From Lytechinus pictus (lineage: Eukaryota), in contig NC_087251.1 in the NCBI RefSeq assembly GCF_037042905.1, positions 49,663,358 to 49,727,357 of the forward strand: a DNA stretch of 64,000 nucleotides. The letters are read 5' to 3'. The notes under the pieces are model-generated. The model saw nothing but the letters and a program-made list of their open reading frames with translations. It did not search any database and was not told the origin of the DNA. Positions 40,982 to 52,900 of this stretch are shown here, one piece after another (position 1 is the first letter of the stretch; the number at the start of each line of letters is the position of its first letter). The position numbers and the translations under genes are program-made.

Positions 40982-43900
40982 AGACGGCTGAATTGGGGGG
41001 GGTCTCGGGGGCAATTTTGAAGAAATCAATTTGGTCATATTTTGGAAAATTTGGACCAGTCGCGGGTAGGGCGAAAAATAAAAACTCATCGGATCTGCTT
41101 TATCTTGATAATATTGATGCCTTTGGATGTTAGAAGATCCCACAGAGCGGAGACGGCTGAATTGGGGGGGGTCTCGGGGGCAATTTTGAAGAAATCAATT
41201 TGGTCATATTTTGGAAAATTTGGACCAGTCGCGGGTAGGGCGAAAAATAAAAACTCATCGGATCTGCTTTATCTTGATAATATTGATGCCTTTGGATGTT
41301 AGAAGATCCCACAGAGCGGAGACGGCTGAATTGGGGGGGGTCTCGGGGGCAATTTTGAAGAAATCAATTTGGTCATATTTTGGAAAATTTGGACCAGTCG
41401 CGGGTAGGGCGAAAAATAAAAACTCATCGGATCTGCTTTATCTTGATAATATTGATGCCTTTGGATGTTAGAAGATCCCACAGAGCGGAGACGGCTGAAT
41501 TGGGGGGGGTCTCGGGGGCAATTTTGAAGAAATCAATTTGGTCATATTTTGGAAAATTTGGACCAGTCGCGGGTAGGGCGAAAAATAAAAACTCATCGGA
41601 TCTGCTTTATCTTGATAATATTGATGCCTTTGGATGTTAGAAGATCCCACAGAGCGGAGACGGCTGAATTGGGGGGGGTCTCGGGGGCAATTTTGAAGAA
41701 ATCAATTTGGTCATATTTTGGAAAATTTGGACCAGTCGCGGGTAGGGCGAAAAATAAAAACTCATCGGATCTGCTTTATCTTGATAATATTGATGCCTTT
41801 GGATGTTAGAAGATCCCACAGAGCGGAGACGGCTGAATTGGGGGGGGTCTCGGGGGCAATTTTGAAGAAATCAATTTGGTCATATTTTGGAAAATTTGGA
41901 CCAGTCGCGGGTAGGGCGAAAAATAAAAACTCATCGGATCTGCTTTATCTTGATAATATTGATGCCTTTGGATGTTAGAAGATCCCACAGAGCGGAGACG
42001 GCTGAATTGGGGGGGGTCTCGGGGGCAATTTTGAAGAAATCAATTTGGTCATATTTTGGAAAATTTGGACCAGTCGCGGGTAGGGCGAAAAATAAAAACT
42101 CATCGGATCTGCTTTATCTTGATAATATTGATGCCTTTGGATGTTAGAAGATCCCACAGAGCGGAGACGGCTGAATTGGGGGGGGTCTCGGGGGCAATTT
42201 TGAAGAAATCAATTTGGTCATATTTTGGAAAATTTGGACCAGTCGCGGGTAGGGCGAAAAATAAAAACTCATCGGATCTGCTTTATCTTGATAATATTGA
42301 TGCCTTTGGATGTTAGAAGATCCCACAGAGCGGAGACGGCTGAATTGGGGGGGGTCTCGGGGGCAATTTTGAAGAAATCAATTTGGTCATATTTTGGAAA
42401 ATTTGGACCAGTCGCGGGTAGGGCGAAAAATAAAAACTCATCGGATCTGCTTTATCTTGATAATATTGATGCCTTTGGATGTTAGAAGATCCCACAGAGC
42501 GGAGACGGCTGAATTGGGGGGGGTCTCGGGGGCAATTTTGAAGAAATCAATTTGGTCATATTTTGGAAAATTTGGACCAGTCGCGGGTAGGGCGAAAAAT
42601 AAAAACTCATCGGATCTGCTTTATCTTGATAATATTGATGCCTTTGGATGTTAGAAGATCCCACAGAGCGGAGACGGCTGAATTGGGGGGGGTCTCGGGG
42701 GCAATTTTGAAGAAATCAATTTGGTCATATTTTGGAAAATTTGGACCAGTCGCGGGTAGGGCGAAAAATAAAAACTCATCGGATCTGCTTTATCTTGATA
42801 ATATTGATGCCTTTGGATGTTAGAAGATCCCACAGAGCGGAGACGGCTGAATTGGGGGGGGTCTCGGGGGCAATTTTGAAGAAATCAATTTGGTCATATT
42901 TTGGAAAATTTGGACCAGTCGCGGGTAGGGCGAAAAATAAAAACTCATCGGATCTGCTTTATCTTGATAATATTGATGCCTTTGGATGTTAGAAGATCCC
43001 ACAGAGCGGAGACGGCTGAATTGGGGGGGGTCTCGGGGGCAATTTTGAAGAAATCAATTTGGTCATATTTTGGAAAATTTGGACCAGTCGCGGGTAGGGC
43101 GAAAAATAAAAACTCATCGGATCTGCTTTATCTTGATAATATTGATGCCTTTGGATGTTAGAAGATCCCACAGAGCGGAGACGGCTGAATTGGGGGGGGT
43201 CTCGGGGGCAATTTTGAAGAAATCAATTTGGTCATATTTTGGAAAATTTGGACCAGTCGCGGGTAGGGCGAAAAATAAAAACTCATCGGATCTGCTTTAT
43301 CTTGATAATATTGATGCCTTTGGATGTTAGAAGATCCCACAGAGCGGAGACGGCTGAATTGGGGGGGGTCTCGGGGGCAATTTTGAAGAAATCAATTTGG
43401 TCATATTTTGGAAAATTTGGACCAGTCGCGGGTAGGGCGAAAAATAAAAACTCATCGGATCTGCTTTATCTTGATAATATTGATGCCTTTGGATGTTAGA
43501 AGATCCCACAGAGCGGAGACGGCTGAATTGGGGGGGGTCTCGGGGGCAATTTTGAAGAAATCAATTTGGTCATATTTTGGAAAATTTGGACCAGTCGCGG
43601 GTAGGGCGAAAAATAAAAACTCATCGGATCTGCTTTATCTTGATAATATTGATGCCTTTGGATGTTAGAAGATCCCACAGAGCGGAGACGGCTGAATTGG
43701 GGGGGGTCTCGGGGGCAATTTTGAAGAAATCAATTTGGTCATATTTTGGAAAATTTGGACCAGTCGCGGGTAGGGCGAAAAATAAAAACTCATCGGATCT
43801 GCTTTATCTTGATAATATTGATGCCTTTGGATGTTAGAAGATCCCACAGAGCGGAGACGGCTGAATTGGGGGGGGTCTCGGGGGCAATTTTGAAGAAATC

Positions 43901-46900
43901 AATTTGGTCATATTTTGGAAAATTTGGACCAGTCGCGGGTAGGGCGAAAAATAAAAACTCATCGGATCTGCTTTATCTTGATAATATTGATGCCTTTGGA
44001 TGTTAGAAGATCCCACAGAGCGGAGACGGCTGAATTGGGGGGGGTCTCGGGGGCAATTTTGAAGAAATCAATTTGGTCATATTTTGGAAAATTTGGACCA
44101 GTCGCGGGTAGGGCGAAAAATAAAAACTCATCGGATCTGCTTTATCTTGATAATATTGATGCCTTTGGATGTTAGAAGATCCCACAGAGCGGAGACGGCT
44201 GAATTGGGGGGGGTCTCGGGGGCAATTTTGAAGAAATCAATTTGGTCATATTTTGGAAAATTTGGACCAGTCGCGGGTAGGGCGAAAAATAAAAACTCAT
44301 CGGATCTGCTTTATCTTGATAATATTGATGCCTTTGGATGTTAGAAGATCCCACAGAGCGGAGACGGCTGAATTGGGGGGGGTCTCGGGGGCAATTTTGA
44401 AGAAATCAATTTGGTCATATTTTGGAAAATTTGGACCAGTCGCGGGTAGGGCGAAAAATAAAAACTCATCGGATCTGCTTTATCTTGATAATATTGATGC
44501 CTTTGGATGTTAGAAGATCCCACAGAGCGGAGACGGCTGAATTGGGGGGGGTCTCGGGGGCAATTTTGAAGAAATCAATTTGGTCATATTTTGGAAAATT
44601 TGGACCAGTCGCGGGTAGGGCGAAAAATAAAAACTCATCGGATCTGCTTTATCTTGATAATATTGATGCCTTTGGATGTTAGAAGATCCCACAGAGCGGA
44701 GACGGCTGAATTGGGGGGGGTCTCGGGGGCAATTTTGAAGAAATCAATTTGGTCATATTTTGGAAAATTTGGACCAGTCGCGGGTAGGGCGAAAAATAAA
44801 AACTCATCGGATCTGCTTTATCTTGATAATATTGATGCCTTTGGATGTTAGAAGATCCCACAGAGCGGAGACGGCTGAATTGGGGGGGGTCTCGGGGGCA
44901 ATTTTGAAGAAATCAATTTGGTCATATTTTGGAAAATTTGGACCAGTCGCGGGTAGGGCGAAAAATAAAAACTCATCGGATCTGCTTTATCTTGATAATA
45001 TTGATGCCTTTGGATGTTAGAAGATCCCACAGAGCGGAGACGGCTGAATTGGGGGGGGTCTCGGGGGCAATTTTGAAGAAATCAATTTGGTCATATTTTG
45101 GAAAATTTGGACCAGTCGCGGGTAGGGCGAAAAATAAAAACTCATCGGATCTGCTTTATCTTGATAATATTGATGCCTTTGGATGTTAGAAGATCCCACA
45201 GAGCGGAGACGGCTGAATTGGGGGGGGTCTCGGGGGCAATTTTGAAGAAATCAATTTGGTCATATTTTGGAAAATTTGGACCAGTCGCGGGTAGGGCGAA
45301 AAATAAAAACTCATCGGATCTGCTTTATCTTGATAATATTGATGCCTTTGGATGTTAGAAGATCCCACAGAGCGGAGACGGCTGAATTGGGGGGGGTCTC
45401 GGGGGCAATTTTGAAGAAATCAATTTGGTCATATTTTGGAAAATTTGGACCAGTCGCGGGTAGGGCGAAAAATAAAAACTCATCGGATCTGCTTTATCTT
45501 GATAATATTGATGCCTTTGGATGTTAGAAGATCCCACAGAGCGGAGACGGCTGAATTGGGGGGGGTCTCGGGGGCAATTTTGAAGAAATCAATTTGGTCA
45601 TATTTTGGAAAATTTGGACCAGTCGCGGGTAGGGCGAAAAATAAAAACTCATCGGATCTGCTTTATCTTGATAATATTGATGCCTTTGGATGTTAGAAGA
45701 TCCCACAGAGCGGAGACGGCTGAATTGGGGGGGGTCTCGGGGGCAATTTTGAAGAAATCAATTTGGTCATATTTTGGAAAATTTGGACCAGTCGCGGGTA
45801 GGGCGAAAAATAAAAACTCATCGGATCTGCTTTATCTTGATAATATTGATGCCTTTGGATGTTAGAAGATCCCACAGAGCGGAGACGGCTGAATTGGGGG
45901 GGGTCTCGGGGGCAATTTTGAAGAAATCAATTTGGTCATATTTTGGAAAATTTGGACCAGTCGCGGGTAGGGCGAAAAATAAAAACTCATCGGATCTGCT
46001 TTATCTTGATAATATTGATGCCTTTGGATGTTAGAAGATCCCACAGAGCGGAGACGGCTGAATTGGGGGGGGTCTCGGGGGCAATTTTGAAGAAATCAAT
46101 TTGGTCATATTTTGGAAAATTTGGACCAGTCGCGGGTAGGGCGAAAAATAAAAACTCATCGGATCTGCTTTATCTTGATAATATTGATGCCTTTGGATGT
46201 TAGAAGATCCCACAGAGCGGAGACGGCTGAATTGGGGGGGGTCTCGGGGGCAATTTTGAAGAAATCAATTTGGTCATATTTTGGAAAATTTGGACCAGTC
46301 GCGGGTAGGGCGAAAAATAAAAACTCATCGGATCTGCTTTATCTTGATAATATTGATGCCTTTGGATGTTAGAAGATCCCACAGAGCGGAGACGGCTGAA
46401 TTGGGGGGGGTCTCGGGGGCAATTTTGAAGAAATCAATTTGGTCATATTTTGGAAAATTTGGACCAGTCGCGGGTAGGGCGAAAAATAAAAACTCATCGG
46501 ATCTGCTTTATCTTGATAATATTGATGCCTTTGGATGTTAGAAGATCCCACAGAGCGGAGACGGCTGAATTGGGGGGGGTCTCGGGGGCAATTTTGAAGA
46601 AATCAATTTGGTCATATTTTGGAAAATTTGGACCAGTCGCGGGTAGGGCGAAAAATAAAAACTCATCGGATCTGCTTTATCTTGATAATATTGATGCCTT
46701 TGGATGTTAGAAGATCCCACAGAGCGGAGACGGCTGAATTGGGGGGGGTCTCGGGGGCAATTTTGAAGAAATCAATTTGGTCATATTTTGGAAAATTTGG
46801 ACCAGTCGCGGGTAGGGCGAAAAATAAAAACTCATCGGATCTGCTTTATCTTGATAATATTGATGCCTTTGGATGTTAGAAGATCCCACAGAGCGGAGAC

Positions 46901-49900
46901 GGCTGAATTGGGGGGGGTCTCGGGGGCAATTTTGAAGAAATCAATTTGGTCATATTTTGGAAAATTTGGACCAGTCGCGGGTAGGGCGAAAAATAAAAAC
47001 TCATCGGATCTGCTTTATCTTGATAATATTGATGCCTTTGGATGTTAGAAGATCCCACAGAGCGGAGACGGCTGAATTGGGGGGGGTCTCGGGGGCAATT
47101 TTGAAGAAATCAATTTGGTCATATTTTGGAAAATTTGGACCAGTCGCGGGTAGGGCGAAAAATAAAAACTCATCGGATCTGCTTTATCTTGATAATATTG
47201 ATGCCTTTGGATGTTAGAAGATCCCACAGAGCGGAGACGGCTGAATTGGGGGGGGTCTCGGGGGCAATTTTGAAGAAATCAATTTGGTCATATTTTGGAA
47301 AATTTGGACCAGTCGCGGGTAGGGCGAAAAATAAAAACTCATCGGATCTGCTTTATCTTGATAATATTGATGCCTTTGGATGTTAGAAGATCCCACAGAG
47401 CGGAGACGGCTGAATTGGGGGGGGTCTCGGGGGCAATTTTGAAGAAATCAATTTGGTCATATTTTGGAAAATTTGGACCAGTCGCGGGTAGGGCGAAAAA
47501 TAAAAACTCATCGGATCTGCTTTATCTTGATAATATTGATGCCTTTGGATGTTAGAAGATCCCACAGAGCGGAGACGGCTGAATTGGGGGGGGTCTCGGG
47601 GGCAATTTTGAAGAAATCAATTTGGTCATATTTTGGAAAATTTGGACCAGTCGCGGGTAGGGCGAAAAATAAAAACTCATCGGATCTGCTTTATCTTGAT
47701 AATATTGATGCCTTTGGATGTTAGAAGATCCCACAGAGCGGAGACGGCTGAATTGGGGGGGGTCTCGGGGGCAATTTTGAAGAAATCAATTTGGTCATAT
47801 TTTGGAAAATTTGGACCAGTCGCGGGTAGGGCGAAAAATAAAAACTCATCGGATCTGCTTTATCTTGATAATATTGATGCCTTTGGATGTTAGAAGATCC
47901 CACAGAGCGGAGACGGCTGAATTGGGGGGGGTCTCGGGGGCAATTTTGAAGAAATCAATTTGGTCATATTTTGGAAAATTTGGACCAGTCGCGGGTAGGG
48001 CGAAAAATAAAAACTCATCGGATCTGCTTTATCTTGATAATATTGATGCCTTTGGATGTTAGAAGATCCCACAGAGCGGAGACGGCTGAATTGGGGGGGG
48101 TCTCGGGGGCAATTTTGAAGAAATCAATTTGGTCATATTTTGGAAAATTTGGACCAGTCGCGGGTAGGGCGAAAAATAAAAACTCATCGGATCTGCTTTA
48201 TCTTGATAATATTGATGCCTTTGGATGTTAGAAGATCCCACAGAGCGGAGACGGCTGAATTGGGGGGGGTCTCGGGGGCAATTTTGAAGAAATCAATTTG
48301 GTCATATTTTGGAAAATTTGGACCAGTCGCGGGTAGGGCGAAAAATAAAAACTCATCGGATCTGCTTTATCTTGATAATATTGATGCCTTTGGATGTTAG
48401 AAGATCCCACAGAGCGGAGACGGCTGAATTGGGGGGGGTCTCGGGGGCAATTTTGAAGAAATCAATTTGGTCATATTTTGGAAAATTTGGACCAGTCGCG
48501 GGTAGGGCGAAAAATAAAAACTCATCGGATCTGCTTTATCTTGATAATATTGATGCCTTTGGATGTTAGAAGATCCCACAGAGCGGAGACGGCTGAATTG
48601 GGGGGGGTCTCGGGGGCAATTTTGAAGAAATCAATTTGGTCATATTTTGGAAAATTTGGACCAGTCGCGGGTAGGGCGAAAAATAAAAACTCATCGGATC
48701 TGCTTTATCTTGATAATATTGATGCCTTTGGATGTTAGAAGATCCCACAGAGCGGAGACGGCTGAATTGGGGGGGGTCTCGGGGGCAATTTTGAAGAAAT
48801 CAATTTGGTCATATTTTGGAAAATTTGGACCAGTCGCGGGTAGGGCGAAAAATAAAAACTCATCGGATCTGCTTTATCTTGATAATATTGATGCCTTTGG
48901 ATGTTAGAAGATCCCACAGAGCGGAGACGGCTGAATTGGGGGGGGTCTCGGGGGCAATTTTGAAGAAATCAATTTGGTCATATTTTGGAAAATTTGGACC
49001 AGTCGCGGGTAGGGCGAAAAATAAAAACTCATCGGATCTGCTTTATCTTGATAATATTGATGCCTTTGGATGTTAGAAGATCCCACAGAGCGGAGACGGC
49101 TGAATTGGGGGGGGTCTCGGGGGCAATTTTGAAGAAATCAATTTGGTCATATTTTGGAAAATTTGGACCAGTCGCGGGTAGGGCGAAAAATAAAAACTCA
49201 TCGGATCTGCTTTATCTTGATAATATTGATGCCTTTGGATGTTAGAAGATCCCACAGAGCGGAGACGGCTGAATTGGGGGGGGTCTCGGGGGCAATTTTG
49301 AAGAAATCAATTTGGTCATATTTTGGAAAATTTGGACCAGTCGCGGGTAGGGCGAAAAATAAAAACTCATCGGATCTGCTTTATCTTGATAATATTGATG
49401 CCTTTGGATGTTAGAAGATCCCACAGAGCGGAGACGGCTGAATTGGGGGGGGTCTCGGGGGCAATTTTGAAGAAATCAATTTGGTCATATTTTGGAAAAT
49501 TTGGACCAGTCGCGGGTAGGGCGAAAAATAAAAACTCATCGGATCTGCTTTATCTTGATAATATTGATGCCTTTGGATGTTAGAAGATCCCACAGAGCGG
49601 AGACGGCTGAATTGGGGGGGGTCTCGGGGGCAATTTTGAAGAAATCAATTTGGTCATATTTTGGAAAATTTGGACCAGTCGCGGGTAGGGCGAAAAATAA
49701 AAACTCATCGGATCTGCTTTATCTTGATAATATTGATGCCTTTGGATGTTAGAAGATCCCACAGAGCGGAGACGGCTGAATTGGGGGGGGTCTCGGGGGC
49801 AATTTTGAAGAAATCAATTTGGTCATATTTTGGAAAATTTGGACCAGTCGCGGGTAGGGCGAAAAATAAAAACTCATCGGATCTGCTTTATCTTGATAAT

Positions 49901-52900
49901 ATTGATGCCTTTGGATGTTAGAAGATCCCACAGAGCGGAGACGGCTGAATTGGGGGGGGTCTCGGGGGCAATTTTGAAGAAATCAATTTGGTCATATTTT
50001 GGAAAATTTGGACCAGTCGCGGGTAGGGCGAAAAATAAAAACTCATCGGATCTGCTTTATCTTGATAATATTGATGCCTTTGGATGTTAGAAGATCCCAC
50101 AGAGCGGAGACGGCTGAATTGGGGGGGGTCTCGGGGGCAATTTTGAAGAAATCAATTTGGTCATATTTTGGAAAATTTGGACCAGTCGCGGGTAGGGCGA
50201 AAAATAAAAACTCATCGGATCTGCTTTATCTTGATAATATTGATGCCTTTGGATGTTAGAAGATCCCACAGAGCGGAGACGGCTGAATTGGGGGGGGTCT
50301 CGGGGGCAATTTTGAAGAAATCAATTTGGTCATATTTTGGAAAATTTGGACCAGTCGCGGGTAGGGCGAAAAATAAAAACTCATCGGATCTGCTTTATCT
50401 TGATAATATTGATGCCTTTGGATGTTAGAAGATCCCACAGAGCGGAGACGGCTGAATTGGGGGGGGTCTCGGGGGCAATTTTGAAGAAATCAATTTGGTC
50501 ATATTTTGGAAAATTTGGACCAGTCGCGGGTAGGGCGAAAAATAAAAACTCATCGGATCTGCTTTATCTTGATAATATTGATGCCTTTGGATGTTAGAAG
50601 ATCCCACAGAGCGGAGACGGCTGAATTGGGGGGGGTCTCGGGGGCAATTTTGAAGAAATCAATTTGGTCATATTTTGGAAAATTTGGACCAGTCGCGGGT
50701 AGGGCGAAAAATAAAAACTCATCGGATCTGCTTTATCTTGATAATATTGATGCCTTTGGATGTTAGAAGATCCCACAGAGCGGAGACGGCTGAATTGGGG
50801 GGGGTCTCGGGGGCAATTTTGAAGAAATCAATTTGGTCATATTTTGGAAAATTTGGACCAGTCGCGGGTAGGGCGAAAAATAAAAACTCATCGGATCTGC
50901 TTTATCTTGATAATATTGATGCCTTTGGATGTTAGAAGATCCCACAGAGCGGAGACGGCTGAATTGGGGGGGGTCTCGGGGGCAATTTTGAAGAAATCAA
51001 TTTGGTCATATTTTGGAAAATTTGGACCAGTCGCGGGTAGGGCGAAAAATAAAAACTCATCGGATCTGCTTTATCTTGATAATATTGATGCCTTTGGATG
51101 TTAGAAGATCCCACAGAGCGGAGACGGCTGAATTGGGGGGGGTCTCGGGGGCAATTTTGAAGAAATCAATTTGGTCATATTTTGGAAAATTTGGACCAGT
51201 CGCGGGTAGGGCGAAAAATAAAAACTCATCGGATCTGCTTTATCTTGATAATATTGATGCCTTTGGATGTTAGAAGATCCCACAGAGCGGAGACGGCTGA
51301 ATTGGGGGGGGTCTCGGGGGCAATTTTGAAGAAATCAATTTGGTCATATTTTGGAAAATTTGGACCAGTCGCGGGTAGGGCGAAAAATAAAAACTCATCG
51401 GATCTGCTTTATCTTGATAATATTGATGCCTTTGGATGTTAGAAGATCCCACAGAGCGGAGACGGCTGAATTGGGGGGGGTCTCGGGGGCAATTTTGAAG
51501 AAATCAATTTGGTCATATTTTGGAAAATTTGGACCAGTCGCGGGTAGGGCGAAAAATAAAAACTCATCGGATCTGCTTTATCTTGATAATATTGATGCCT
51601 TTGGATGTTAGAAGATCCCACAGAGCGGAGACGGCTGAATTGGGGGGGGTCTCGGGGGCAATTTTGAAGAAATCAATTTGGTCATATTTTGGAAAATTTG
51701 GACCAGTCGCGGGTAGGGCGAAAAATAAAAACTCATCGGATCTGCTTTATCTTGATAATATTGATGCCTTTGGATGTTAGAAGATCCCACAGAGCGGAGA
51801 CGGCTGAATTGGGGGGGGTCTCGGGGGCAATTTTGAAGAAATCAATTTGGTCATATTTTGGAAAATTTGGACCAGTCGCGGGTAGGGCGAAAAATAAAAA
51901 CTCATCGGATCTGCTTTATCTTGATAATATTGATGCCTTTGGATGTTAGAAGATCCCACAGAGCGGAGACGGCTGAATTGGGGGGGGTCTCGGGGGCAAT
52001 TTTGAAGAAATCAATTTGGTCATATTTTGGAAAATTTGGACCAGTCGCGGGTAGGGCGAAAAATAAAAACTCATCGGATCTGCTTTATCTTGATAATATT
52101 GATGCCTTTGGATGTTAGAAGATCCCACAGAGCGGAGACGGCTGAATTGGGGGGGGTCTCGGGGGCAATTTTGAAGAAATCAATTTGGTCATATTTTGGA
52201 AAATTTGGACCAGTCGCGGGTAGGGCGAAAAATAAAAACTCATCGGATCTGCTTTATCTTGATAATATTGATGCCTTTGGATGTTAGAAGATCCACAGAG
52301 CGGAGACGGCTGAATTGGGGGGGGTCTCGGGGGCAATTTTGAAGAAATCAATTTGGTCATATTTTGGAAAATTTGGACCAGTCGCGGGTAGGGCGAAAAA
52401 TAAAAACTCATCGGATCTGCTTTATCTTGATAATATTGATGCCTTTGGATGTTAGAAGATCCCACAGAGCGGAGACGGCTGAATTGGGGGGGGTCTCGGG
52501 GGCAATTTTGAAGAAATCAATTTGGTCATATTTTGGAAAATTTGGACCAGTCGCGGGTAGGGCGAAAAATAAAAACTCATCGGATCTGCTTTATCTTGAT
52601 AATATTGATGCCTTTGGATGTTAGAAGATCCCACAGAGCGGAGACGGCTGAATTGGGGGGGGTCTCGGGGGCAATTTTGAAGAAATCAATTTGGTCATAT
52701 TTTGGAAAATTTGGACCAGTCGCGGGTAGGGCGAAAAATAAAAACTCATCGGATCTGCTTTATCTTGATAATATTGATGCCTTTGGATGTTAGAAGATCC
52801 CACAGAGCGGAGACGGCTGAATTGGGGGGGGTCTCGGGGGCAATTTTGAAGAAATCAATTTGGTCATATTTTGGAAAATTTGGACCAGTCGCGGGTAGGG

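Noticed and set aside
41013..41055. Multiple Sm-site-like AATTT(T)G(G/A) motifs suggesting an SL RNA/snRNA tandem array
   Set aside because: No recognisable leader, splice donor or stem-loop organisation; the motifs are better explained as A/T-tract sub-repeats. No 5S rRNA or tRNA similarity was seen either.
40751..41143. 130-aa minus-strand ORF
   Set aside because: It is chimeric read-through from a satellite monomer into unique flank, with a non-ATG start and no recognisable domain.
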